Shown here: in pieces, positions 34,401 through 47,200 of the stretch
How the letters are laid out: the number at the start of each line of letters is the position of its first letter
Position numbering within the stretch: the first letter of the stretch is position 1
Source: Lama guanicoe
Taxonomy: Eukaryota
Length of the DNA stretch: 64,000 nucleotides
NCBI GenBank assembly: GCA_013239625.1
Contig: MU054212.1
Coordinates: 1 to 64,000 of the forward strand
Direction of reading: 5' to 3'
Notes under the pieces: generated by a model
The model's input: the letters and a program-made list of their open reading frames with translations, nothing else
The model's database searches: none
What the model was told of the DNA's origin: nothing
Position numbers and translations under genes: made by a program

Positions 34401-35910
34401 CCTACAGCTCCACAAGCGCAATCTTCACTTAGGTTTTGCACGTGTGCCGCCTTTGTGCTTAGAAAAATTTTCTGTTGTTCTAAGCCAGACAGCTGTCTCC
34501 ATCAGCTGACTTTCTCCTCTGTTGGAAGGAGCCACTGGCTACTACAAATTTGCTCTGCCAGCTCCTTCTCCATGATCTGACAGAGAATGTGGTTTACATT
34601 ACCAGTGTGGTAAAATCACCCTGACTCTAAGTTTTACTCTCCATTTAAAGCTAAGGTAGCTTATCTCTTAGACTCTGGTTCTTAAAATTGAGGTGAAGGT
34701 GCTTCTGGAAATCATGGTGCTTTTTGCAGAAAACAGCACATTCATTGCAGAGCATCACATAATTTGGATACATTTAATTCCAAACAAATCAAAAACATGA
34801 GTACAAGAAATATGACCATATTATGAAATTACGAATGTGAACATGCAAACACACATATCAGTTAAATGTAATTGGCTTTTTATGGGTTTCCACTAGTATT
34901 TGTTTGCTAATTGATTATTAACTTGCTATCTGCTGGAATTTGCTAGCAGATAAGCAATGGTAGGCACCGCAGGTATAAGAAAAATACATGGAGAGAAATA
35001 TTAAACACAGATCAATATTTACCCATTTTTACCTTAATCTGAGACAAAGAATCCCTAATTCCTTTTCAGGAACAAAACCCCTCTGCCTAACTTATAAAAT
35101 ACTGGCATTGAGAACCTATTTAAAAGGTCGAATCACTGCGTTGCCAGTTGGGGCAATGTTCGCTAAAATAAAGAAAATCCCGTGACTCCCAACGACGTGG
35201 AAGTTCCCGAGAGTAGCTGATCACACAGGTTCTCCCTCACAGCAGTCACAAGAGCAAAATGCAAACTTCTGAGCAGACCCGTGGGCAGACACTGGCTCTT
35301 CTCTTGGGTCACTTGAAACTATTGCTCTGAATTGGGCAGTAGACAATTGAATATAACTAACACAACAGCTTCTTTGATTACACTAGTCCTGACTTACAGA
35401 TATCCATTGCCTAAAATTGGAACACCTTCTCCCATCTTTACTTAAAGACTAGCTCAAATCTCGTGTCCCCACAAAATCATAACTGGCCCTGTCCGCCATC
35501 TGCACCTGGCTCCTCTCTTGAATTCTTTTGATACTTTTTATACTGCTCACGTGATACTTAGTGCCACCCTGTGTTGTTAATGAGTTCTCTTCTCTCCCTC
35601 TTCTCTCTCCCGTGTGTGCACTCGCATGCAGACACACGCACCCCTCTTATCTTTCCTAACTAAACACAGTTTGCATTTTATCACTGTTTGTGCCTAGCAA
35701 ATGCCCCCCACACAGTGAGCATCTGCAAATATATGTGAATCATGTAATTGGGCACTGCCCCCAGCATTATTTATAGCCTCACTCTGCCAAACATCACTGA
35801 AAATTGAATAATGTAGAGATCCCTTAAAGAAAAAGAAACTTGTGCAGCTCTAGTGTTGGCTTAAAATTTTAAAATGTTAGTTAAATATGTTTAAGTATAA
35901 AACAAAGCAT

Positions 35911-35986
35911 TGGGAAGGGTATAGCTCAGTGGTAGAGTGCAAGCTTAGCATGCATGAGGTCCTGTGTTCAATCCCCCGTACCTCCA

Positions 35987-36022
<36 letters not shown>

Positions 36023-36043
36023 ATACCTAATTACCACCCTCCC
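35911..36043 (+). mobile_element. tRNA-Ala-derived SINE (vic-1-like)
   Basis: GGGAAGGGTATAGCTCAGTGGTAGAGTGCAAGCTTAGCATGCATGAGGTCCTGTGTTCAATCCCCCGTACCTCCA, (TAAA)9, ACCTAATTACCACCC; TSD AAAA(C/T)AAAGCAT at 35899-35910 and 36044-36055. Confidence 0.95.
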
Positions 36044-36529
36044 AAAATAAAGCATAAACTCCTTATGCTTGTATCTCTAACGTAACTATGAAATTAAAAG
36101 TTTTCAATTAGATGCAAATAAGCCCATTATATTCAAATTAATATTAATTTAATGTGACAGATGATGCTGTTCTGCTGCAACTGAATGGCTGTTGAGAATG
36201 TGAATACAGTACTGATTGCTCTAATGCAGGCTCTCTACGATTCCATGCCTGCACTGAGGTCTGCTGCGTGGCCATGCCGTTTCTCCATCCATTTTCTCTA
36301 TTTGAACCACTTTGGAACCATCAAACTATCATTTGAGCAATAAAACACCATGTCATATGAACTTCATTTGCACAGGTACATCATTTATATGTTAATTCTA
36401 ACCTCTCTTTTTCCTCATTTACCTATAATAATGAACGTACTTCTTGGCATCAACATGGTCTTAAGTAGAGACTATGTGAAATCTTGTGGCAGTACTTTGT
36501 TATAAGGGTGGCCATCCAGATGGTAAGGA

Positions 36530-36770
36530 TGATACTAATACTAAGAGCTAATATTTACAGACTATATATTTTGTGACACTTTTCTATATATAGATTATCC
36601 CATTTAGTTCTCACATTAACCCTTGGAGGAAGAGGTTACTATTATCACTATCTTATTGATAGTCTGATAGGGAAACAGAGGCTCAAAGAAATTCAATAGC
36701 ATTCGCAAATCCATGCTACTTATATAGAATTTAAACCCATTAAGTCTGATCCCAGAACCTGAACACAATA
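36530..36770 (-). mobile_element. MIR SINE
   Basis: GAGCTAATATTTAC...TTATCCCATTTAGTTCTCAC...GGAAACAGAGGCTCAAAGA...GTCTGATCCCAGAACC. Confidence 0.8.
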
Positions 36771-38729
36771 CTTATTATAATTTGTTTAGCTTGTCATTAA
36801 AATGAACACAAAATTAAAATAAATGCTGTACAGAATTAACACATTCCAATATTTGATATTCCCATATACCCACAATTCATCATATGCTCAGTAATCCTGC
36901 CGGTGGATTGTTTTGAACCACTCAGTACAGGTGTAGTTCTAGCTAGGTAAAGTATGAAAGAATTCAGCTTCATGCCCACAGTCAGTGAAGTGCTTTACTG
37001 ATAAAAATGTGTAACTTAACTGTAGGTGTCAATAAATGTGATATATTCGAAAGAGTTGAACAATACATGTCTCATACTCTCTTCTATTATACTGTCCACA
37101 CAATGGCTCCGTTCTGAAGTTGACTGACTCTCCCAAGACTCGGCTTCAGCACATGCTTTTGGGGACAGCAGAGAGCAGAGCTCACCCCGAGGCAGACCAC
37201 CCCCACGGCTCAACAATTTAACCTGCAGAAGCCAAGTTCTACTCGATTCAAGTTCCCCAAAATTCAGTATGTCCTCACTCAATTTGGGAATATGCAGACT
37301 GCTTTATTTCTTCTGATTGCCAAACTAAACAAAAGAAACTCTTGAAATATGGCTTATTACTGTGTCCTTCCTTGTTCAGTTGACTGGTGCTGTCAGGAAA
37401 ATGTTTGGACAAGAAAAGAATATATCTTTAGTTCCACCCTGCCCACCCCTGACCCCAGCTACAGTGACATGGTACACATTAGGTCAAATCTCTTTGTTAT
37501 TCTTTAAAAAAAAAATAGTGTGATTAGCTTACTAGTTTCTATTTCTCAAGTAAATAAGCCACTTAGGAATGAGAAAAAAGCTTGTACATTTTAGACCTGT
37601 ACGGAATAATGAATCAACTTCCTTCTAATATGGAAAAAGACAGTGATTTCACTATTTATACGTCATCTGCTGCACTCCTAGCAGATTGCACTGGCCAGGG
37701 CGGGACCCAGTGAAGTGTCAGACCGGGTCTCTGTCCGTAAGAGTATCACAAGCTTGACAGTGTACGTGGAGTCACTGAGTCATGCACGACAGAGATAGCT
37801 ACGTTCAGAGTTTGGCTACTGTTTCTTCCATCTTAGAAACAACGTGGTTGGGTAAAATTTAAGTGTCATTACCCTCACGTAGACGGGCTGTTAGGGTCCA
37901 GGAGGTGAAATCTAGGGTCACACAACTAATCAGTGCCTGAGCCAAATCTAGAAGTCAGATTTCCTTGTCTACAGTTTCTCCCACTAGACCAAATTGCTTC
38001 TTCAGACCAAGGCAGAAACAGCGTAGAAGGTACTTAGATTTATTTCTAAAGTTGATCTGGCTCCATCACGAATATAAAAAACACCACCTGATTTGTAACT
38101 GGAGCCTGGAGTATCACCCACTGCCTCAGTTGATGATTTCATTACCAGCTGCTGAAACACTTCAATGGGAAGACATGAAATTCCTGCAGGAAATGACTCT
38201 AGGCAGCTCTGAATAAGTAAGGAAATTAAATGACTAACTTCGATGTTTCCTGGTTTTTGTCTATCTTAATTAACAATTTATTTTGGTAAAGGAAAAACTG
38301 ACCAACTTTCTAACAGGCAACATGTAAAACTTAACATTTGTTTATAGTAGAAACATGATTCATATGTCTGCTCTTATTTAAAGAAAAGAAAAATAAATTG
38401 TTGAATGATTTTCAGTAACCATTTTTATTAAAGGGATTCTCTTAAAAAAAAAAAACCAATTACAGCATATGTGTGTGGGAAATATCAATTTCCTCCTCAT
38501 AGTTCCCAAAGGTGCACTTGAGAAAAATGTGTTGATTATTAACAGGGCTAATATTTTTGTGGTAATGTTATTACCGAACATCTACAATAATTAGAGTTTG
38601 GGACTGATAGAGGTATTGCAGTCAGAATACATATTGATTTCTATGTCAGATTTCTACAGCACAGACCTAATTGGAAATTGTTACTACTTTTGATACATAT
38701 TTTATGTGATTCTTATTTTGCCTTCTTTG

Positions 38730-38950
38730 ATTTATTCAACAGTATTTGGCTTGTTGAACGGTTGCTATGTGACAAGCATTCTCCTAGGTGCTGAAAATAC
38801 ACAATAAATTAAACAGGGCTCTTGCTCCCACCAAGTTTATCTGCTAGCTGAGGGAGACAGAAGAGTAACAAATATATCAGGTAGTGGTAATTACTATGAA
38901 GCAAAACAGAGTGAGCTGAGCATGACAGGGTGATGGGGTAGGCAGGGAGT
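38730..38950 (-). mobile_element. L2 3' fragment
   Basis: TTATTCAACAG...GCTATGTGACAAGCATTCTCCTAGGTGCTGAAAATACA...GGGAGACAGA. Confidence 0.75.
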
Positions 38951-39324
38951 CAGAGGCAGTCCCTTTGCGGAAATTTCGTCACGAAAACATCACTCGTGGT
39001 GGACAAGTATCGTTGTGGCATTCTGTCCTGTCCTGGACACTACAGATGTTTAGGATAAACTTTTAAGTTCAAGGAGAATAAAAAGCAGTTTAAAGAAAGC
39101 TAATTTTTATATCCATGTGACTTTTCGTGCTCTCTCTCGCTCTCTTTTTTAAGCTTCCTTTACTGAATAATGTCTCTCAGGAATGAAGGGAATGAGGTAA
39201 AAGTAAGATTCTCATCACAGGACTAGTCACCTTCACTGCCAAGCAAACTTATATTTATATGTAGTTTTCCACTCAGGTTTCTCTCCAGATGACAGGGAAA
39301 TTTATTTCTCTCTTTTTCCCTTTT

Positions 39325-40075
39325 CTTTTAAAAATTTTATTGGAGTAAGAACATTCTCCATGAGGTACACCCTCTTAACAGATTTTTAAGTGTACAGTAT
39401 TGTTATCGACAGGCACAATACTGCACAGCAATCTCTACAAATTACTCATCTCTAGTAGCTGAAGTTTTATTCTGCCGATGAGCACCTCCCCAGCTCCCCC
39501 TCCCCATGTTCTATTCCATTCCTATTCACTATTCTATTCCTTGCTTCGGTGAGCTTGACTGTTTTAAATGCCTCATATGAGTGGAATCATGCAGTATTTG
39601 TTCTGTGACCGACTTATTTCACTTAGCATAATGTCACCAAAGTTCATCCATGCTATCACATATTCTAGGAGTCCCTTCTTTTTTAAAGCTGAGTGACATC
39701 CCACTGTATGTATTTATCATATTTTCTGTATCCATCCCCCAACAGACATTTACACTGTTTCCACATCTTAGCTAATGTAAATAGTGCTCCAGTGAACATG
39801 GGAAGGCGAATATCTCTTTGAGTTCCTGGTTTCAATTCTTTGGGTAAATACCCAGAAGAGGGACTGCTGGATCATATGGTAGTTTTCTTTTTAATTTTTT
39901 GAGGAACCTCCCGATTATTTTCCATACAGGCCACACCATTTTCCATTATTACCAACAGCATTCCAGGGTTTTGCTTTCTTTACATCTTTGCCAATACTTG
40001 TTGTCTTATTTCTGTTTGTTTTGGTTTTGGTTTTTGATAATAGCCATCCGGACTGGTGTGAGATGGTATCTCACG
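39325..40075 (-). mobile_element. L1 3' end (L1MA9/10-like)
   Basis: ATGAGTGGAATCATGCAGTATTTG...ACTTATTTCACTTAGCATAATG...GGTAAATACCCAGAAGAGGGACTGCTGGATCATATGGTAG...GGTGTGAGATGGTATCTCA. Confidence 0.92.
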
Positions 40076-40194
40076 TGGAGGGGGATTTCTAAGTCAGTAA
40101 GAATAAATTTTCTTAAGCAAGAAAATAATTCCTGCTTATGAATCTACTGTATTAACATATTTATAAATATGAAGTGGAAACTCAAGAGCTTTAT

Positions 40195-40350
40195 CTTGAA
40201 GAGGGAGATTCTGCGCTTTGTCTGACCAAAATTTGAATCACTGCTCTGTCTTCTAGTAACTGTGTGATCCTGGGAATGTCATGTGACCTCTCATTGGCTC
40301 GCTTCCTTGTCTGTAAAATGGGGCGGTGCATAATCTTGTGAGGGTACCTA
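40195..40350 (+). mobile_element. MIR fragment
   Basis: TTTGAATCACTGCTCTG...CTGTGTGATCCTGGG...CTTCCTTGTCTGTAAAATGGGG. Confidence 0.75.
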
Positions 40351-40357
40351 CTCATTT

Positions 40358-41188
40358 TGAAAATTGGTAAATAAAGGGAAAGAATAAAGCATTTATCTTA
40401 TTTTTCCTTTAGAGTCTTTCAGGGTAAGCAAATAGCTGTTGAGGGAAAGGCATTTTTACATTGTAGCTAATAAATGTGGAAGAATTGACAGAATTAGCAA
40501 ATCACCATTGGTTACCCTGGGGAAATCATGGTTCCAGGCAACAATTCTCAGTGGCCACTCAACCATTAGGTCGAATGTTGATGGCGTTTTGTAATTGATG
40601 TATCAGGCTGACACCCTCTGAATTCACTGGGCAATCTTAACAGCCCCCAACGTGGGACAAGCACCCATTTGTACCTCCTGACAGGATGAAAGTACAGAAC
40701 TCCAGGCACTAAGCATTTGGTACCACCTGCCAGCGCTCAAACCTGGTGCTAATCAAGGCCCTACCAACCAGGTCGATAAAATTTGGAGGCTAAAGGAACA
40801 CATAAATGACACAAGGAGGCTACCGTGAGCCCAGCACATAATTAAGGAAGTTCTAAAGGAAGGATCACTCAGTTTCTACCACAAATAAGCAGCAGTAAAA
40901 ATAAACAAGAAAATGGGGAAACTCCCTTAAGGTATCCATCAACCATATGCAACATGTGGATATTTTTATGATCCCGATTCAGACAAGTCAGCCATAAGAA
41001 GACATTCTTGAGACACGAGGGAAAACTGACAACTAACTGAGAATAAGATAGTAAAGAGTATGGGTAATTTTGTTAGGTATGGTAATGATACTAAGGTATG
41101 ATTTAAAAAGTCCTCATCCATTAGAGGATTTTAAGATGGGATGACATGCTGCCTGGAAGTTGCTTTAAAAAATATTCCAGCAAAAACT

Positions 41189-41227
<39 letters not shown>

Positions 41228-41385
41228 CGCGTGTGTGCGTGCGTGTGTCGGAGGACGCAGAGATGAAAGAGGAGGACAGAATGTTGATAATATTTAGAGC
41301 CGTGTGATGAGTAAGTGGGGATTCACCACACTGTTCTACTTTGTGTGTTTGAACATTTCCACAACAAAAACCATGTTTTTATGCC
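40358..41385 (+). mobile_element. L1MC/MD-type 3' UTR containing a (GT)n(GC)n microsatellite
   Basis: AAATTGGTAAATAAAGGGAAAGAATAAAGCATTTATC...GTTGATAATATTTAGAGC...TTTGTGTGTTTGAACATTTCCACAACAAAAA. Confidence 0.7.
41191..41248. repeat. (GT)14(GC)6 compound dinucleotide repeat with a mixed GT/GC tail
   Basis: 58 bp of uninterrupted purine-pyrimidine alternation. Confidence 0.97.
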
Positions 41386-41631
41386 AAAACCAACAGATAT
41401 TAGAACTCAAATTTGTATTTAAAATGTGTCTAAAATTTCAAAACAGAACAAAACACTTCAAACAAATTTTCAAGCTTTCAGTGGTGGCTTCTCACGCCCC
41501 GGGCCCCTGGGGCACACAGTGGTGGCCGTCCCCTGCCATTAGGGGTGGTGGCTGGGAGGTCTGAGAAGCTCTGAAAGGGTCAGTGGGAACTTTACAATCG
41601 ATGGGTCAAGCGATGCAAGCCAGATGAACAA

Positions 41632-41770
41632 ATGTGTTTTTCAAACTGCTGCTCATGACCTTTATTGAGACACAAAGTAAATCTAGTGGGTCCATCATTT
41701 TAAAAAAAGAAACAGAATAGACAGAACAGAATAGAAAACTGTCAGGGTGCATCTCCATAATAGTAAGTTA
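41632..41770. mobile_element. hAT-Charlie MER element (MER112-like)
   Basis: GTTTTTCAAACTGCTGCTCATGACC...ATCTAGTGGGTC...AACAGAATAGAAAACTGTCAGGGTGCATC. Confidence 0.55.
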
Positions 41771-41821
41771 CTTATATCAGTTCTTCACCACTGAGGGTGC
41801 TTCTCAGGTCTGGTGGTTGTT

Positions 41822-42296
41822 GGTTTTTTTGTTTGTTTTTTTTTCTTTTCATTCAAATGCATTTGGCATATACCATAGTGTAAATTTAAGGTGTCCGACA
41901 TGTTAATTTGATTCACCTACATATTGTGATAGGACTGATAACTGGCAGCTCTATCGTGTTATGTAATTGTCATTTCCTTTTAGTGTTGGAATAACTGTTC
42001 CAGTCTCAGCAACTTTGCTGCTTACACGACGTGGTCTGGATTCGCTATGCTCTGCGTTAGTTTTCTAGGGCTTATTTGCTAGGCGTTGCAGGTTTGTTCC
42101 CTTAAACAGCGTCTATCCTATCCCCCCTCCTCCATCCCCTGGTGACACCTGTTTTTACGAGTCTGGCTTTTTGAGATTCCACGTATGAGTGAGCTCATAC
42201 AGTATCTCTTGTTCTCTGTCTGACTTATCTCACTTAGCGTAATGTCCTCAAGGTCCATTCATGTTGTCGAAAAGAAAACGGCAGGATGTCCTTCTG
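41822..42296 (-). mobile_element. L1 3' end, T-rich tail at left
   Basis: T-rich tail 41824-41850; TTTTTGAGATTCCACGTATGAGTGAGCTCATACAGTAT...TGACTTATCTCACTTAGCGTAATGTCCTCAAGGTCCATTCATGTTGTC. Confidence 0.88.
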
Positions 42297-43089
42297 ATGT
42301 GCTCATGAGTCAGCAGGGGATCTGGTTAAAAGGCAGACTTTGACCCCGCAGGTCTGGGTGAGCCTGAGACGCTACACATCCGACCAAGGCAGGAGGCCAT
42401 GAAGCCGCCTCAGCCCCCGCCTTCTCTTCACGTCTAAACCCACTGCTTCTGCTTCCTCACCTCACCTTCTGGCCTCCCCTGAACCCTGGCTGCTGGCTGG
42501 GGTCCCTCTTCTTGAGGGCACCACCCCCAGATGGCCTCAGGGATGCCATGTCTTCCTCAACACCTCAGTTCAGATGAGGGCAGGCCATACTCTGTCATTC
42601 CCCACAGCACGGCCAAGACCAGTCAGAAACCTCCAAGCAGGACAGGACTGAGGTCTGGGGTAAACAAACTAAAGGGATCACCTGAAAGCAAATGATCAAC
42701 CCAATACAGCAGGACTTCTCACAGGCTTTTAGCTGGAGGGTGCCTCCCTGCTGGTTCTGTGTGGCAGAGAGCATTTTCTTGTATCTGGAAGCTTCTTTAG
42801 GTCCCTCTTAAACTCCTCTTGAAGTCCAGACTCAAGAAAGTGAGGCTCAGAGAGATCTAGGAGTTCCCTCTCCTGCTTGCTTTCTGACTTTCAATGTCCT
42901 CGCTGGATAACCGGTGTTCCTGACACTGGAACGCCCTCTCCATTCACGAGGTATGCGCAGGGCCCTGACCCGGGGCCCGGACAGGCCAAGCCCTTCCCAG
43001 TACAACGTAAACCCGACCTCTGTAAGGGACAGGGGTAGCAACACAGATGTGGTTTTGTTACAGAATCGCCGGGGCCGACAGCCGTTGAG

Positions 43090-43480
43090 CACTTAATCAC
43101 CCCATCTACTGGTCTGCCTTTGGTTTTCCTTCTTCTCTGTCTCACTGAGACATTGGACATCACTGTCCCATTGACAAGTTCATCGCTCGGCGTCTGGTTT
43201 TCCTCTAAACTCTCAGACCACCTTCTGTTTTTGCCGCCTGTACTTCCTCCTCTTACCTGTCGGCATTGCCCACAGTTACGTCCTTGGCCCTCGTCTCTTT
43301 ATCCTTCCAACTGCTCCCGGCTGACTAGGGGTTTGTCCCCAGATGCCCTAAGTGGTACTGGAACCCTGGAAGCGTTACTGACTCTTCCCTATGCAGACGC
43401 AGCTCCTCTGCTCCTCTCTCCCAGCACATCATCCACCTGTGGAAAACTCGCCCCTCAGACAGCTCAAATACCATCTTAAA
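43090..43480 (+). mobile_element. L2 remnant
   Basis: GTCTGGTTTTCCTCTAAACTCTCAGACC...TATGCAGAC...CATCCACCTGTGGA...CAGACAGCTCAAA. Confidence 0.55.
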
Positions 43481-43496
43481 AATGCAGCCTCTCCTT

Positions 43497-43926
43497 ACAT
43501 GAAATACTCCTCAGCCATAAAAGAGAATGAAATTTTGCCATATGTGGCAACATGGATGGACTTGGAGGGCATTAAGCTAAGTGAAATAAGTCAGAGAGAG
43601 ACAAATACTATATGATACCACTTAAATGTGGAATCTAAAAAATACAACAAACTAGTGAATATAACAAAAAGGAAGCAGGCTCACAGATACAAAGAACAAA
43701 CCAGTGGGGAGAGGGAAGGGGGAGGGGTGGCGGCGGGGTCGGAGTAAGAGGTACAAACTACTAGGTATAAAATAAGCTACAAGGGTATATTGTACAGCAT
43801 GGGGAATGTAGCCAGTATCTTATAATAACTCTAAACGGAGTATAACCTTTAAAACTGAGTCACTATATTGTACACCTGTAACATATAATATTGTACATCG
43901 ACTGCACTTCAATTAAAATTCTTTTT
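43497..43926 (+). mobile_element. 5'-truncated L1 3' end (cetartiodactyl type) with TSD
   Basis: CAGCCATAAAAGAGAATGAAATTTTGCC...ACATGGATGGACTTGGAGGGCATT...ACTTCAATTAAAA; 17-bp TSD with 3 mismatches, AAATGCAGCCTCTCCTT (43480-43496) and AAATGTATCCTTTCCTT (43927-43943). Confidence 0.92.
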
Positions 43927-43999
43927 AAATGTATCCTTTCCTTGTCCACCTCTCCCCAGTCTGCGTCATTTCTTCTTTTGAATCCACAATGCATTTTAA

Positions 44000-44200
44000 A
44001 CATTTTGTTTGAATAGTTCTGTGTGAAAGACACTGTTCCAAGGCCTTAACATCCTCACAACACATCTGTTAACTAGACATTGTTATCTCTACGTTACAGT
44101 GGAGACCGGGCCTCCCTGAGGCCCAGCGACCTGCCCAGGGTCATGTGATTAGTAAGTGGCGGGCCTGGGACTCTGCACACAGGGCAACCACACAGCTAAG
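44000..44200 (-). mobile_element. MIR SINE
   Basis: ATCCTCACAAC...GTTACAGTGGAGACCGGGCC...GACCTGCCCAGGGTCATGTGATTAGTAAGTGGC. Confidence 0.75.
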
Positions 44201-47200
44201 TTTGTGCCTTCTTGGACCACCTGTCTAATAGCACCTTCTGCTATGGTTATTTTTGTAATTATTAATTCCTATGTATGCAAACCCTTGAAGAGCTTTATTT
44301 TTCCTTTCAGCTCTTGGCACCAACCTTATCATCTGGAATTTTGAAGACAGTCTCAATGTCAAATATTTTCTCTCACTATACAAATAAGGACTCTTGATCC
44401 AATCTGGGGCTTGTAAAGTGTGGTCAGTGTACACAGATGCCTTGAACATTGCAGGAAATCAAAAAATATCTGTAAAGTTGAATGGAATAATGTGGACAAA
44501 CAAGCCAGGCTTATTTCAGATCTGAGTGAGAGAGTAAGTGATCCCAATCCAAATATAATGCTTTATTAAAACAACAAGCAAGTAAAATAAATTGCAAGTG
44601 GTCACTAATTACTAGCACCTGTGTATGCTGTGCAAGGCGGATGCAACACAGCAGAAGAAAGGACAGCTTTCTGCATCATTTCACTTCCAACATCCAAACA
44701 GAGACGGGAAAAGCTGACCACAGTCTAACTTCCTCTGTATCTGTGACTTTGCTCTTAACCGTAAAACTATTGTTCCCATATAACACCCCCTCCATTTAAC
44801 TCTCATCCTTGGATTTCAGGGTGAGTGTAGTACATCTGCTAACTCATAAGAAATGCTAGTACTTCTCTCCTCACCACTCTAAGATGCTCCTTCACACCTG
44901 CCTCTTATGGGAAGTATGCCTTTTTCTAGACATTTCCAGAAATTGAGAATTAGAGAAATGAACCTATTTATTCCTTTGATTTTAACCCTGATTGCCTTTT
45001 ATATCCCTTCTTTCCTGATGGCATACAGAGAAGCCCCATGTTCCCATCAGTAGCATTTCTCAGATCACCTACTTGGATGGCGAAGGGTTAATCTCATCAG
45101 TAGCTTGTGAATTCTTAGTAATTGGAGACAGACCGGGGTGTGCTGTCTTTATCGTGACCTCTTCTCCTAGACCTTGGGCACATTTCAGTTCAGAGTTCAA
45201 CTTCTGCCTTTAAATCTCAAAGTAGAGTTACTTTCTTTAAATGCCAAAATGCAAGAGACTGCTGGTGTGCAAGGAACCCTGTCATTTATTTGTAAATAAT
45301 TGCAGGGTTTTCTTCTTACCCTTCCAATCTACTGGCCTTTTAAATTCATAGCATCCTAAATTCCCCTCCTCAAAGGGAAATAGGTTTTTGTCCTAGTAGA
45401 CAAACCAGAGAACAGTTCTCAGAAGGTCTGACAACGCAGCAATAGATAAATGAAATCACCCTCCGTGTTGTCATTCAGCAAAGCCTTTTACAGACAGAGC
45501 TATTTTGAAGCCATTAAAAAATGCTATTCATCTCAAACTTGCCATCTGCCTTCTGTTTCTGGATTCGTCCATCGTTAGCTAAGAGATCAGTCTCAGTGGC
45601 CAACTTCCCTCTAGTTCTCCCATGACACTCAGGGAGACTCTTATGGGAAGAAGGCAATTTATTTTAGCTGAACGACCACATGGCTAACTATACACAGCAA
45701 TTATACAAAGCAAATGTATCAACTTCTGCCACAGGAGGCAGGAGTTCCCTTTCTGGTCATTAATAATGAACACTCTTCAGTAAGTACGAAAACATTTACC
45801 AAATAAAATGGCCTATTATAGATGATGCCCCAGGCAGCGGAGAATTCGCCTGGCCATTGAGGAAAGAGTGAAGCCAACCAGACGGAGCAGCCCCGTTACT
45901 GCACTGGGTTGTCCTGGAAGCACCTCCAAACCGGCAGAAGATGTGACCCGTTGGCTCTTTGTCCAGAAATGTCTAGTCCGAAAAGAAGTGGCCTGGTCTT
46001 TTCTATATTGCAGTTCCATTGCTTCCTTTCCTGGCAGCTGCATAATCGGGGAATGCCGCGAAATCAAAACTAGGAGGAAGGAAATTAGAGCCGGGAAGTG
46101 TCAAGTTGATCTACTGCGGCGCTGAGGGGCGGGAGTGCCCGGCAAATTCAGCTTTCTCCCCGACTGACCTACCGGCCTCTCACCACTTCACCCACCATTT
46201 GCAAGTCTTGTTCTGCACGCTCCTGAAGCTCTGGGGAGGTTCCTGTTTGCTCCAACGCTTAGACTGCAACTTGGCCTACGGTCACTCATTCTGAGGACTC
46301 TTTTGCAGCCATTTTAATGAACAAAATCCCTAAAAAGGTGCTGACATTTTAATGCCTCCTATTGATACTTTATATTGAGACAAGCTTTGTACTGCATTCA
46401 AAGCCCTTGCAAATCCAAATGCTCTGGGGTCTTAGCCGCCTAGCTCGCACACGGGATGTAATTTAAAGAGACGTGGAACACGTGCACTTACATGCTGCTT
46501 TCTATTGAAGACAGCTGACCATTGCCTAATTAATTTTCAACACCCTTATGAGGTAGGTGTGTGTTGCCCTGGCTTCACAGATGGATGGCTTCAGGCAGTG
46601 GAATGAGAAAATCCAAAGCCTCAGGACAAGGATTGTGCCTTTGATGAATTCTGCAAAGGGCAGAATGGTGACACAGTTATGGTTAAAAAATAGAAGAAGA
46701 AGAAGAATTTTTTTAGAAAAAAAGGAAAAGAAAAAGCCATTAATAATACTGTGATGAAACCTGTGGCTTCTCAGCTGGTTCAACACGTAACTTCGCCCTG
46801 GTGCATTACCAAATTCCATTAAAATTTGCTCTCCTTGGTCACAGTTTTGTGAATTGAATGCATGCACACCTCCCTTCCAATAAACCACAAAGGATGGGAT
46901 GACGAGAACCACCTTGGCAACTGTACACTGTTTTTGAACTTCAAACGCTTACAAAACTTTCCAGAGGGTATTAACTTTTTTAAAACGTAGTCATGAAACA
47001 CATATTCATTGAGGGGCAATTATGAGCAAGGTACTGAGCTCAGTGCTTAGTCTCTTCCCTCCTGGACTTATTGTCCAATGGGAAATAAAAAGACAAAGGC
47101 AATCACCATACAGAGTGATCGATGCAAACAGGCGATGCAGACAGCATGTCACGGGTGTGGACACACATGGGGAACCCTCCAATCCAGTCCTGGGGAGAAG

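Noticed and set aside
35411..35423. CTAAAATTGGAAC match to U6 snRNA
   Set aside because: Only 13 nt; the flanks do not continue the U6 sequence.
7506..36043. Four tRNA-Ala(AGC)-like sequences as real tRNA genes
   Set aside because: They have TSDs, A-rich tails, a shared non-tRNA 3' motif and stem-breaking changes, so they are SINEs.
37016..37282. 88-aa minus-strand ORF in unique sequence
   Set aside because: Non-ATG start, no convincing splice sites, no recognisable homology.
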